From contig JBEIFH010000003.1 in NCBI GenBank assembly GCA_040382515.1, forward strand, positions 6,965 to 70,964: a stretch of 64,000 bases of DNA. Direction: 5' to 3'. Source of the DNA: Chlamydiia bacterium. GTDB taxonomy: Bacteria > Chlamydiota > Chlamydiia > Chlamydiales > RGXB01. The notes below the pieces were generated by a model. The model did not search any database, was not told the origin of the DNA, and saw only the letters and a program-made list of their open reading frames with translations. This document shows, in pieces, positions 18,265 through 27,997 of this stretch; the stretch's first letter is position 1, and the number at the start of each line of letters is the position of its first letter. The position numbers and the translations under genes were made by a program.

Positions 18265-21200
18265 ATGTTTGGGAAGAAATTGCTAAGTGAATTGGATGTT
18301 TTAGATGCCTGGCAACAACAGCAAACCTATAAGAAAATCCTTGAAACTCGCAAGGATTCCGAGCTGTTCGGATTTTACGACGGGCCCCCATTTGCTACCG
18401 GTTTGCCACACTATGGGCACCTTCTTGCAGGAACAATCAAAGATACGGTTTTACGCTACCAGACGATGAAAGGGCGTTATGCTCCAAGCCGGTTCGGCTG
18501 GGACTGTCATGGAGTGCCGATCGAATTTGCGATGGAAAAAGAGCTCAATCTGGGCGGCCCCTCTTCGATCGAAGAGTACGGGATCGATCGGTTCAATGAA
18601 GCTTGCCGAGGTATTGTTCTAAAATACACCAATGAATGGAAGGACACCGTCTTCAGGATGGGCCGATGGGTCGACTTTGAAGGGGGCTACAAAACCATGG
18701 ATACGACCTTCATGGAGTCGGTCTGGTGGGTTTTCGGGCAGCTCTACCAAAAAGGGCTGATCTACGAAGGGTTCAAGGTGATGCCCTTTTCTACAAAATT
18801 GGGAACTCCGCTCTCAAATTTCGAGGCAAATCTGAATTATAAAGAGGTGCAGGACCCCTCAGTTGTGATCCAATTCTCTATCAAGGAGGAGGAGGGGGTC
18901 TTTCTAGCATGGACAACAACACCCTGGACTCTGCCTTCCAATTTGGCCCTTGCCGTCCACCCTGAATTTGACTACGCTACCGTGTTGCACGAGGGAAAGC
19001 AGTTCACCCTTTTAGAGGCCAAAGTTGCCGACCATTTCCCACAAGAGGCAGAGATCATCCGTACAAGAAAAGGGGCAGAGCTTGCCGGACTTACCTATGA
19101 GCCGCTCTTTCCCTACTTCAAAAATCAGCCCAATGCTTTCAAAGTATTGGCGCAAACATTCGTGACTTCTGAGACCGGGACCGGAATTGTCCATATGGCG
19201 CCCGCCTTTGGAGAAGAGGATTTCGAGGCTTGCAAACAGGCGAATATCGCCCTGGTCTGCCCCGTTACGGAAGAGGGGACATTCACCGAGGCCGTTACAG
19301 ACTTTAGTGGAATGTACATCAAAGATGCTGACAAGGTGATTTTGAGACGCTTGAAGGAGGAGGGGAAGGTGTTTTCCCACACAACCTTCCAACACAGCTA
19401 CCCCTTCTGCTGGAGATCCGATACACCATTGATCTATCGTGCCGTCTCTTCCTGGTTTGTGAAAGTGGAAGCGATCAAAGAGCGCTTGATCGAAAACAAC
19501 AAAAAGGTCCACTGGGTGCCCGAGCACATCCAGACCGGAAGGTTTGGGAAATGGCTGGAGCAGGCTAGAGATTGGTCCATAAGCCGAAGCCGTTACTGGG
19601 GGACTCCTATCCCGATTTGGCGTGCCAAAGATGGGGATGTGATCGTTATTTCGAGCCTCAAAGAGCTTAGTGAGCACACTGGATTTAAGGGCGATGATAT
19701 CCACCGCCATTTTATTGACCAGCTTGTAATCCATAAAAACGGCAAAGAGTACCACAGGATCAAAGATATTTTTGATTGCTGGTTTGAATCGGGTTCTATG
19801 CCCTATGCAGAGCTGCATTACCCGTTTGAAAATAAATCGGCTTTTGAGAACGGATTTCCGGCCGATTTCATCGGGGAGGGGTTGGATCAGACCAGAGGCT
19901 GGTTCTACACCTTGAATGTCTTGTCGGTCGCCCTATTCGATTTACCGGCTGCAAAAAACATCATTGTAAATGGGATTATTTTGGCCGAAGACGGTCAGAA
20001 AATGTCGAAAAAATTGAAAAACTATCCCGATCCGAACGATGTGATCCAAAAATTTGGAGCAGACAGCATCCGATGTTATCTTTTGCACAGCCAGGCCGTG
20101 CGCGCCGAAGATCTGCGATTTAGCGAAAAGGGGGTAGAGGAGATTGTCCGCAAGCTTTTCATCCCTCTCAAAAATGCGTACCAATTCCTCGCCACGTATG
20201 CAGGTCTTGCCGGATTTGAACCAAAGAAGCGACAATCTAACCATCCTCTTGACCGTTGGATCGTATCCAAAAAAGAGGGGTTGATTCAACAGGTGACCGT
20301 CGCCATGGATGGATACGCGTTGGACAAGGCTATCGATCCGATCTATCAGTTTGTGGATGAGTTGACAAATTGGTATATCCGCCGCTCCCGGCACCGTTTT
20401 TGGGATGAAAGCGTTGAGGCTTTTGAGACTCTCTACTCGGTATTGAAGGATGTGATTATCCTTTTGGCTCCGTTCGCACCGTTTTTAACGGAAGCGCTAT
20501 ATCAGGAATTAAGGCTATCGAACGATCCTCAAAGTGTGCATGGAAATCTGATCCCTGTGCCCGATCTCTCCTTGATCGACAGGAAACTGGAGGAGAGCAC
20601 CGCCACCATACAGCGAGTTGTCAATTTGGGGCACCAGTTGAGAAAATCGCATAAATTAAAAGTTCGCCAGCCCCTCAGCCGCATCACTTTGATCACAAAA
20701 GAGCCCGGCATTATCGACGCGCTGGAGAGTGGACAAGACCAGATCCTTGAAGAGCTGAACATCAAAGAGATGGTGATCGCTTCAGAGGCGGGGAATAAGA
20801 TCAAATTGACTTTAAAACCAAACTGGAGGGGTCTTGGAGCCCGCCTTGGTAGCAAGGTACAAGAGGCTGCAAAAAAAATACAGCAGTTGGATCAGCAGGA
20901 TATTTTAGCCCTTTTGGAGGGCTCAGAGGTGGTTTTACCTTTGGAAGGGGAGAGTTTTTCGTTGAGTGAAACCGATGTCGAGGTTGTTCTCAATCCGATT
21001 GAGGGGCTTGTTGCGGCCTCATTTGGAAAAGTTGTTGCTCTGATCGACACGGCCCTTACCCAGGAGCTGGTTCAAGAGGGGATTGTCCGCGAGCTTGTCA
21101 ACAAGGTGAATACTCGGCGTAAAGAGGAGGGGCTGGAGGTTCAAGACAGGATCCATCTGACCGTCCTTGGATCGCAAGATGTGATAGACGCCGTCTCTTT

Positions 21201-21306
21201 GCATATTGAATTTTTCAAGCAGGAGGTGCTTGCCGTAAAAGTAGACCTCGTGTTGAAAGATGTCGAAGAGTGTGAAATGGAGATCGAAAAACAGGTTCTT
21301 GTATGA
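18265..21306 (+). CDS. ileS: isoleucyl-tRNA synthetase (eukaryote-like type)
   Basis: 1013 aa with HYGH (HIGH) and KMSKK (KMSKS) motifs, plus WTTTPWTLPSN and the editing-domain layout. Confidence 0.97.
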   Translation: MFGKKLLSELDVLDAWQQQQTYKKILETRKDSELFGFYDGPPFATGLPHYGHLLAGTIKDTVLRYQTMKGRYAPSRFGWDCHGVPIEFAMEKELNLGGPSSIEEYGIDRFNEACRGIVLKYTNEWKDTVFRMGRWVDFEGGYKTMDTTFMESVWWVFGQLYQKGLIYEGFKVMPFSTKLGTPLSNFEANLNYKEVQDPSVVIQFSIKEEEGVFLAWTTTPWTLPSNLALAVHPEFDYATVLHEGKQFTLLEAKVADHFPQEAEIIRTRKGAELAGLTYEPLFPYFKNQPNAFKVLAQTFVTSETGTGIVHMAPAFGEEDFEACKQANIALVCPVTEEGTFTEAVTDFSGMYIKDADKVILRRLKEEGKVFSHTTFQHSYPFCWRSDTPLIYRAVSSWFVKVEAIKERLIENNKKVHWVPEHIQTGRFGKWLEQARDWSISRSRYWGTPIPIWRAKDGDVIVISSLKELSEHTGFKGDDIHRHFIDQLVIHKNGKEYHRIKDIFDCWFESGSMPYAELHYPFENKSAFENGFPADFIGEGLDQTRGWFYTLNVLSVALFDLPAAKNIIVNGIILAEDGQKMSKKLKNYPDPNDVIQKFGADSIRCYLLHSQAVRAEDLRFSEKGVEEIVRKLFIPLKNAYQFLATYAGLAGFEPKKRQSNHPLDRWIVSKKEGLIQQVTVAMDGYALDKAIDPIYQFVDELTNWYIRRSRHRFWDESVEAFETLYSVLKDVIILLAPFAPFLTEALYQELRLSNDPQSVHGNLIPVPDLSLIDRKLEESTATIQRVVNLGHQLRKSHKLKVRQPLSRITLITKEPGIIDALESGQDQILEELNIKEMVIASEAGNKIKLTLKPNWRGLGARLGSKVQEAAKKIQQLDQQDILALLEGSEVVLPLEGESFSLSETDVEVVLNPIEGLVAASFGKVVALIDTALTQELVQEGIVRELVNKVNTRRKEEGLEVQDRIHLTVLGSQDVIDAVSLHIEFFKQEVLAVKVDLVLKDVEECEMEIEKQVLV

Positions 21307-22064
21307 TTGAAAGCTGGGTGTTGGCTATCGGCCTGCTCTTTTTTTTCCTCACGCTACTTTGGATAGTGAGCTTGAAAAAGGGGGATGTGTCCATTGTTGA
21401 TGCCGTGTGGAGTCTTGGGATCGTTTTTCAACCGTGCGTTCTATTCATACGAAGTCCAGACAAAACACTTTTTCAGTTGTCTGTTATTTTATTGGCCCTT
21501 TTTTGGGCCATTCGTCTCTGCGGTTACCTCATTTATAGAAATTGGGGAAAAGTAGAGGACAAAAGATACGCAGAAATGCGTGCAAATGACCCCCGATTCC
21601 GCATAAACAGCCTTTTTAAAATTTTCTGGTTTCAAGGGTTTTTGATGCTGATTGTAGCTCTCCCCTTGAATTTTATGATGGCCTTTCCCTTAGAATTCTA
21701 CTGGCTCAAATTGGTACCTTGTGCCGTCGCTGTGATAGGCTTTGTCTATGAGACTGTTGCCGATATGCAGCTTATAGAGTTCAAGATGGATCCAAAAAAT
21801 CAGGGGCAGATACTTGATAAGGGGCTCTGGGGTCTTTCTAGACATCCAAATTACTTCGGGGAGTTTCTTTTTTGGTGGGGGATGTTTTTTCTCTCTCTCC
21901 CTACCTTCTGGTTTTTGAGCTGGCTAAGTCCGGTATTGATGAGCATCCTGCTTTTAAAAGTTTCCGGCGTTTCTTTGTTGGAAAAACACATGAGCAGTAA
22001 TAAAAATTTTTTTAAATACACAAAAGAAATCCCCCCCTTCTTTCCAAAAATATTCACCAAATAA
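21303..22064 (+). CDS. DUF1295 / steroid-5-alpha-reductase-like membrane protein
   Basis: Polytopic membrane protein with GLWGLSRHPNYFGEFLFWWG. Its start overlaps the ileS stop (ATGA). Confidence 0.75.
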   Translation: MIESWVLAIGLLFFFLTLLWIVSLKKGDVSIVDAVWSLGIVFQPCVLFIRSPDKTLFQLSVILLALFWAIRLCGYLIYRNWGKVEDKRYAEMRANDPRFRINSLFKIFWFQGFLMLIVALPLNFMMAFPLEFYWLKLVPCAVAVIGFVYETVADMQLIEFKMDPKNQGQILDKGLWGLSRHPNYFGEFLFWWGMFFLSLPTFWFLSWLSPVLMSILLLKVSGVSLLEKHMSSNKNFFKYTKEIPPFFPKIFTK

Positions 22065-22113
22065 ATATAAAAATTTTTATATTTATTGTCGGTTTCTGCA
22101 CCCTCTGGTAAAA

Positions 22114-24711
22114 TTGGGTCAGTTTGAACCCTATTGGTTAAAGATTAGCGGAGCATTATTTATGACCTCTCCTGTAAATTCCCTACCAGGCAGCAGCCTT
22201 AATTCGCTAGTCGGACAAAATCCGTTCGAAGAGCAAAACCCGCCAGACCTAAGTGATTTTGCAGATCCACTTGAGTTCCTTCAAGATGATATCGACGACG
22301 GCTTTGTGCTGGTCGATGGTGGAGAAGTGCAAAATAATTTTTTGAATTTGCAGGCGCTGCAGCTGGCGCAAAAATGGCAAGGTTCTATTCGGGGACGTTT
22401 GGGAGCTTTTCAACAGGTTGCATGTGATATCGCCTTGCGTTGTCTTAGCCCGTTTTCAGTCGTGCGAGATTCAGGCTGGAAAGATTGTGCTAAAACTACT
22501 GTCCATAAGGTTATACAAATTTTGCAAGAGAATGCTCCAAGAGGAGAGAGTGTAACGCAAGCGGTAACTAGCCTTCATGGGGTTTTGATGGATATCTCCT
22601 CTAAAAGTCCTGTCGACCCCGTAGCGGTTTCAAGGCAAGTTGTAGAGGTGGTTTCAAAGGTATTTCACGAGTCTAACCACCCTTCTAAGGATGTAAAATA
22701 CGCTATGGCGGTCCAATCGCTTAAAGAGGTTGTGGCTTTCAGAAACTACAGCAGGGAAGATAATACCCTAGTGCTATTTAATAGAGCTTTAAGGGGTTTG
22801 AAAGACGATAGTCAAGTCAAGGTTCTTTTTTCAAGATTGAATGAATTACTTGACTCAGAGCGGCCATTTATTGTCTCTCCAAGAGATGACTACAAGGAAA
22901 TTATTCGAATTTTAGATCATTTGTCTCTTTTATCAGAGAAGACGCCTTTTGAGAACCCTGCTCTGGAACCAATTTTTACCAAGCTTTTGAAAGCAAGATG
23001 GCTAGGGACAAGCTTTGGGGGGCATTTGGAGGCGTTGGTGCAGCTCTTTACAGGTGAGGAGGGGGCGATTTCTTTGCAAGACGCTTCAAAAAGGGTGACC
23101 GATCTGGATATATCGATAGGTAAGGCCGATCCTAGAAAGGTAGGCAAGCCTCTTGCAGCTCTCTGGGCGCAGTGTTTAGAGGGTGAACTCGGTGTTAAAT
23201 ACTACACCATGGAAAATATCCCGATGGTGGCAAATACAGAGCAGTTAAGCAGTGGCCGTGAGCTCACAAGATATAGAGCCGGTTGTCCTACTGTTGGGGG
23301 CACCTATTTGAATGCTTTGTTAAAAATTGTTTACAAAACGGCCACGGCCAATGATCAAATTGCCCCGAATTTTAGGGCGCTGGTCCGTCGCATGGGTGAA
23401 CTAAATGAGCATATCCTTTTTACCGTGCACCAAACAGCCGTTTCAAAAAGATTTGGGGACGAATCGGAGCGTGTAGCCTTACTTCACGAATTATCCCAGG
23501 AATTTCCAAATTTTCACATTATAATCCAAAGCATGAGCCCACGACCCGGAGAATCGTATGTGGTTCCCGAGTTTAAAGAGGGGGAGAAACCGGCCCGTTT
23601 GTTGATGGATAGGCTGGATACTATCTTGAAATCGGGTAACCCATTTACCGAGACGGGAATTCATGTACCACAGATTTGTAGAGATGTGGACTTTAAAGAC
23701 CATATCTATTGGATTCACCAAGAAATCTTTGATTCTCAGGAGCAATTTGGACAAAACGACTGGCTCGCTTTTATGGTTATTTTTTACGAACTTCAAAAGT
23801 TGGTGATAAAAGATCGACTTTTATCGAGTGGGGTCAACCTTGTAGCTACAACTGATCCATGCAAAGATGACCTGGATCGCGGAGGGACTAAATGGTTGAC
23901 CGAAATGCTTTTGTTAGGGATTTCAACCGGTCAGATCCAAGATCCTAAATTCTTAAACTACGTAAAAAGCGTTTTCTTAGGCCGCCCTATTTTGGTAAAA
24001 AAAATTGGCGTGCACTCTCGCTGGGCCGAACCTGCAGGGGTAATTTTAAAAAAATTAACCGATCCCGCACGATTTTCGACTATATCTAGAAAAATAGCCT
24101 CCCTACAGAAAGACCCTGTAGTGCATCTCACCTATCCACAAGATTCGCCACAGCTTTATAAAGAGCCTCGCCACACCTCTGGGGCTGAGGATTTGGAACG
24201 GTTTTGGACTTTCCAAAAAACCTTCCAAAAACCACTTGAAACATGTGATCTCGAAGAGATTTTTCACGGGGAATACAATAGGACTTCCTTAGAAAAAGAT
24301 GCCCCTAGAATCAGAGTTCAGATTGATGGTAATGGCACTCTTCCTTCAGAACAAGCGTTAAATGGGATCAGGGATTTTTTTTCTACCCATGTTCCCGTTC
24401 TGGTTTCGGACCCTACACATAACCGCTACCTCGAGGCGATATGCACCCAGACTCTTTTTTCAGGTAAACCTGTGGAATCCCTGTTCGCCCTGACACCACC
24501 CGAAACGCAATATATCAATCAACCTGTAGAGCTTCAGCTTAGGACGGGACAGAGGGGAGTGGTGCAAAAGGTCCGATATTATGCGGTCTCGACAAAAACA
24601 AGTGATCATTTAGACCCTGCAGTCGTTCCACCCCTTGTTTTAGAGGTTTTCGCCCCTTTTGATCCTTCCGAAGGCGGTTATTACCGGATTTACCCTGACA
24701 CAGAGGCATAG
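22114..24711 (+). CDS. large hypothetical protein with a CX5R motif, candidate effector
   Basis: 865-aa ORF with a TTG start in the track. The in-frame ATG at 22162 (MTSPVNSLPG) is a likely start. It contains TDPCKDDLDRGGT (Cys codon at 23860). There are no transmembrane segments. Confidence 0.7.
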   Translation: MGQFEPYWLKISGALFMTSPVNSLPGSSLNSLVGQNPFEEQNPPDLSDFADPLEFLQDDIDDGFVLVDGGEVQNNFLNLQALQLAQKWQGSIRGRLGAFQQVACDIALRCLSPFSVVRDSGWKDCAKTTVHKVIQILQENAPRGESVTQAVTSLHGVLMDISSKSPVDPVAVSRQVVEVVSKVFHESNHPSKDVKYAMAVQSLKEVVAFRNYSREDNTLVLFNRALRGLKDDSQVKVLFSRLNELLDSERPFIVSPRDDYKEIIRILDHLSLLSEKTPFENPALEPIFTKLLKARWLGTSFGGHLEALVQLFTGEEGAISLQDASKRVTDLDISIGKADPRKVGKPLAALWAQCLEGELGVKYYTMENIPMVANTEQLSSGRELTRYRAGCPTVGGTYLNALLKIVYKTATANDQIAPNFRALVRRMGELNEHILFTVHQTAVSKRFGDESERVALLHELSQEFPNFHIIIQSMSPRPGESYVVPEFKEGEKPARLLMDRLDTILKSGNPFTETGIHVPQICRDVDFKDHIYWIHQEIFDSQEQFGQNDWLAFMVIFYELQKLVIKDRLLSSGVNLVATTDPCKDDLDRGGTKWLTEMLLLGISTGQIQDPKFLNYVKSVFLGRPILVKKIGVHSRWAEPAGVILKKLTDPARFSTISRKIASLQKDPVVHLTYPQDSPQLYKEPRHTSGAEDLERFWTFQKTFQKPLETCDLEEIFHGEYNRTSLEKDAPRIRVQIDGNGTLPSEQALNGIRDFFSTHVPVLVSDPTHNRYLEAICTQTLFSGKPVESLFALTPPETQYINQPVELQLRTGQRGVVQKVRYYAVSTKTSDHLDPAVVPPLVLEVFAPFDPSEGGYYRIYPDTEA

Positions 24712-24739
24712 ATCTATCTCCCCCCTTGGGGAGAGATCT
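24711..24739. terminator. inverted repeat between convergent genes (possible bidirectional terminator)
   Basis: gatctatctcccccc-tt-ggggagagatct lies immediately after the TAG of the 865-aa ORF. Confidence 0.45.
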
Positions 24740-24855
24740 TAAATACCGGGCTTTGAAATCTGCTTTACCAGTAGAAATTACGGGAAAGATATTTAGATGA
24801 ACGGCACCGGTCTTAAACTCTATGGCACCGGTATTTTCATCAATGGCGAGGGCGT

Positions 24856-26637
24856 TTAGTTGAACGGCACCGGAAATACCCGTCTTGAGCGGGTAGAAAA
24901 ATGCCGAATTCCCCAGATCCCGAAAATGAGTGCCAACACTACAACCCGAGAGTGGGTGATGAACTCATAGGAAATTTGATTGATGCTACCCGGTAGCGGA
25001 GTCACCAAAAAGGAGGGGACCCCCCTTAAATTGCTTGAGGGGACAAACCCAAAATCTCTCGAGTCGGCGCTCACCGCGTGATTATCTCCAAGGCAAAAAT
25101 AGCTCCCTTCGGGGACTTTCAGCCCATAGGTCGAAATTTTCTCTTTGTCCAAAGAGCCATCTTTGAGTAAGGGGGCTCCCTGATCGATAAAACCCTGAAA
25201 TTCCTTGTCCTCTTTCATCCGGGTTTTTTCTGCATCGACAAATTGCATCAATCTCGGATCTCTGCGGTCTAAAAACTTCTTGCCCATCACAAACAGGTCG
25301 GCATCTCTAAAGTAGATGTACCTTGAAGGGAGAAGGCCCGCAAATGGAGAATTGGGTCCAAATCGGAGATCAAATTCTATCCCGTGATTGATAAGAGTGA
25401 TCGCTCGATCCAACTGGAATTGCATGAGCGGGTGCGAGGCATCCAGCTCGACTGCATAACCCTGAAACCCTATTTTATATCCCTTCCCGTCGAAAAATTC
25501 GTAGGTCCCATCAGGAACCCCTTTCAGCACCGGCCGGTGTTCTAGAAGATGCGATAAATCCCCTTCAGCAACCCAAGGAGACGCAATCCCTTTATCCACA
25601 ACAAAGCGGCTTGTCTGCAGGTTTGAAAAGAGAGTACGGAGCATGTTTTCATCTAGAGGTATTGAAGAAATCTGGTTTTCCAGATGTCCACTCCCCGGGT
25701 TCGTCAGCCGGCTTCTATCGAAGTTCAAGCCGGGATGGTGAAAAATTTTAAGTAAAATTTTCTCCTGCTCCCGTTCGATTCTAAACATCCCGTAATTCCC
25801 CATCCCGAAAAGATCCGCATAACGCTCAATCGGTTTTTGAGAGGGTTGGTTGGTGTAAATGACCCGTCCTAAATAGGAGCCCCAAGCCGTTCTATCAACG
25901 CGTGCCACAGGGATGCTGGACTGGTAGACGTAAAGAGTGTTTTTCAACCAGCGCAACTTTCCGTCAAGACGCATGAAAGGGACGTGCTCCAGATTTTCGA
26001 ACGGGGAGGACCGGAACTCGTGGGTGATCTCCTTCCCCTCCTTATCAATCCCGTAGATCCGCCCCCCGTAAAAATAGAGGGTATCGCCCGGTTTACCAAT
26101 CATCCGTTTGACATATTGCTTGTAGCCGTCAAACAGATAAAAATACTTCATCTTGACCCCATCAATGTCCACATTTTCACCGGTAAAGGTGATAATGCCC
26201 CCCCTTTTGACCTCATTGGGATCAAAAAAGAAGTGGGCCGGAGTAAGAGGTACATTGATCCCAAACTGGTTTTTAGATACAACCAACCGGTCCAGCTCCT
26301 TCAATGTCGGACGCATAGACCCCGTCGGGATCTGGTAGGGTTCAAACCAAACTTGACGTAATACGATAATCACGGCGATGAAAAAAAGATTTGAAAAAAG
26401 GCTTTTGCAATGTCGATAGAACTTTGAACGGGGGAAGATGCGCTCTTCGGCTCGCAAAAGATCATCCAGAGTCGTTTTTGACGAGGGGATATCTTTTTCT
26501 ACGATAGAGGACTGGAGTCTTTTCAGCAGCCCCTCCATCAAAAGTCTATCGTCTAGGGAAACACCACTCTTTTTTTTCTGAAAATTGTGATAGATAACAA
26601 GAAACTTTGATCGAAATTTTTTAATTGACGAACCCAT
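24856..26637 (-). CDS. lepB: signal peptidase I (long form)
   Basis: GSMRPTL (catalytic Ser box), KRMIGKPGDTL, and GDNHAVSADSRDFGFV. Confidence 0.9.
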   Translation of the reverse strand: MGSSIKKFRSKFLVIYHNFQKKKSGVSLDDRLLMEGLLKRLQSSIVEKDIPSSKTTLDDLLRAEERIFPRSKFYRHCKSLFSNLFFIAVIIVLRQVWFEPYQIPTGSMRPTLKELDRLVVSKNQFGINVPLTPAHFFFDPNEVKRGGIITFTGENVDIDGVKMKYFYLFDGYKQYVKRMIGKPGDTLYFYGGRIYGIDKEGKEITHEFRSSPFENLEHVPFMRLDGKLRWLKNTLYVYQSSIPVARVDRTAWGSYLGRVIYTNQPSQKPIERYADLFGMGNYGMFRIEREQEKILLKIFHHPGLNFDRSRLTNPGSGHLENQISSIPLDENMLRTLFSNLQTSRFVVDKGIASPWVAEGDLSHLLEHRPVLKGVPDGTYEFFDGKGYKIGFQGYAVELDASHPLMQFQLDRAITLINHGIEFDLRFGPNSPFAGLLPSRYIYFRDADLFVMGKKFLDRRDPRLMQFVDAEKTRMKEDKEFQGFIDQGAPLLKDGSLDKEKISTYGLKVPEGSYFCLGDNHAVSADSRDFGFVPSSNLRGVPSFLVTPLPGSINQISYEFITHSRVVVLALIFGIWGIRHFSTRSRRVFPVPFN

Positions 26638-26645
26638 ATTAGGGT

Positions 26646-27608
26646 TTAATTTAGCTCAAATACCTCTATTGAGTCAAATTTACCTTGATGGATCCCTGAA
26701 GTTTTGATGCTAAGCCTGAATTTTTTCCCTTTGGTAGGGAGGTTTTTCGGAATTTTTCCCTTCAAATGGTGGGTTTCTCCCTTCTGCTCATCTGTAAATT
26801 CGATAGGCAGCGAGGTCTGGGTCCCCACTTGTTCCAAAGATAGGGTGAACGGGGCAAACCCCTTAGGGCAACAGATCGTGGCGACCAGGCTGGACCCTTT
26901 TTGTAGGATCCCCTGTTGAAATTCGGGAAAACGGCGGGGAAAGTATCTTGCCGCACCTTTGCTATGATTCCCCTGGTCCAGTTGAAAAAATCTTGCGAGG
27001 GGGTGGGTTTTGTTCTGGATGTCGATCATATAGGGGAATGTCTCGGTTGCCGTCGGGTCGAAATGCAAGTCGATCCTCAGTCCGCTTAAAGGGGAGTTGT
27101 CATCATCCCAATATTTTCTAAATAAGCTCGATTTTTCAACCAATACGGGTTTATTTGAGACCGATTTGGGGGGCGACCAGACCTTTTTTGTTTTAGGGGA
27201 TACCTTGCGTCTATTGTCCGGCATCAAATCCCACTCAATCAAGTAAAGTTTTGCCAGTGTCGGGGGCTCTTGGTCAAAGTTTATAAAGGCTTTTTTTGGG
27301 GGGCAATAGGCTTCCAGGATTTCACCGGTATCGGCATGCATTTCATATAAAATCCACTGTGTTGCGTTAAGAGCCCCTTTTTCCACCCAGCCGCTAACGG
27401 CGTCTAACGACAATTTGGGATTGGAGTCCAAAGAGTGGATCTCTTCTATGATCAGTGTTTTTTCCGTTTTATCGTAAATTGAAATATAGACGATTTGATG
27501 CCCTTGTCTGTAGACGACAAAATCCCCTTTGACACCCTTGGAATATTTTTCTTTAAAAGAAAATCCGAAAAGGGGAATGAATAGAACTAGGAGTATCCAT
27601 CGCAGCAT
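26646..27608 (-). CDS. hypothetical secreted protein
   Basis: 320 aa with the N-terminal signal-like MLRWILLVLFIPLFGFSF. It lies 8 nt upstream of lepB on the same strand. Confidence 0.6.
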   Translation of the reverse strand: MLRWILLVLFIPLFGFSFKEKYSKGVKGDFVVYRQGHQIVYISIYDKTEKTLIIEEIHSLDSNPKLSLDAVSGWVEKGALNATQWILYEMHADTGEILEAYCPPKKAFINFDQEPPTLAKLYLIEWDLMPDNRRKVSPKTKKVWSPPKSVSNKPVLVEKSSLFRKYWDDDNSPLSGLRIDLHFDPTATETFPYMIDIQNKTHPLARFFQLDQGNHSKGAARYFPRRFPEFQQGILQKGSSLVATICCPKGFAPFTLSLEQVGTQTSLPIEFTDEQKGETHHLKGKIPKNLPTKGKKFRLSIKTSGIHQGKFDSIEVFELN

Positions 27609-27939
27609 GTTTCAAAGCTTAACAAAAAACGGTGTTTTTGGGGTTGTTTTCCCTTTAATTTTTTTTATCGGGTGCGCTTCAAGGGCCGAGATCGCGGGGC
27701 CGTCCAAAGAGGAGAAGGTGTGCTACGTCCAGAGCCTCAAGGAGAGGATCCTCAAGGCGGAGACTGCCATGATGCGTTTAAAATTCGATAAAGAGAAGCT
27801 CAATAGCCGATTTGGCAAGGTGAGCAAAATAGAATTTGTAGAAAAACTTACCAAGCTTGATGCCGAAATCGAGGAGCTAAAGCGCGAGATGCTCTACTTG
27901 AGATCGCTGAACTTGGACGATCTTTACGATTACCCTTGA
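27607..27939 (+). CDS. small putative lipoprotein with a coiled-coil region
   Basis: An in-frame ATG at 27607 gives MFQSLTKNGVFGVVFPLIFFIGCASRAE, which is lipobox-like (FFIGC). The track ORF starts earlier at 27529, inside the divergent gene. Confidence 0.5.
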   Translation: MFQSLTKNGVFGVVFPLIFFIGCASRAEIAGPSKEEKVCYVQSLKERILKAETAMMRLKFDKEKLNSRFGKVSKIEFVEKLTKLDAEIEELKREMLYLRSLNLDDLYDYP

Positions 27940-27997
27940 TCCGCCCTTTAAACCGGAGGCTTGAGGTTAATTCCTTTTCCTAGTTAAATCTATTTTT

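Noticed and set aside
19012-19818. 268-aa minus-strand ORF, plus several 60-150-aa ORFs, inside ileS
   Set aside because: They are antisense to an unambiguous, motif-rich ileS reading frame. The translations are low-complexity with no motifs, which is typical of shadow ORFs.
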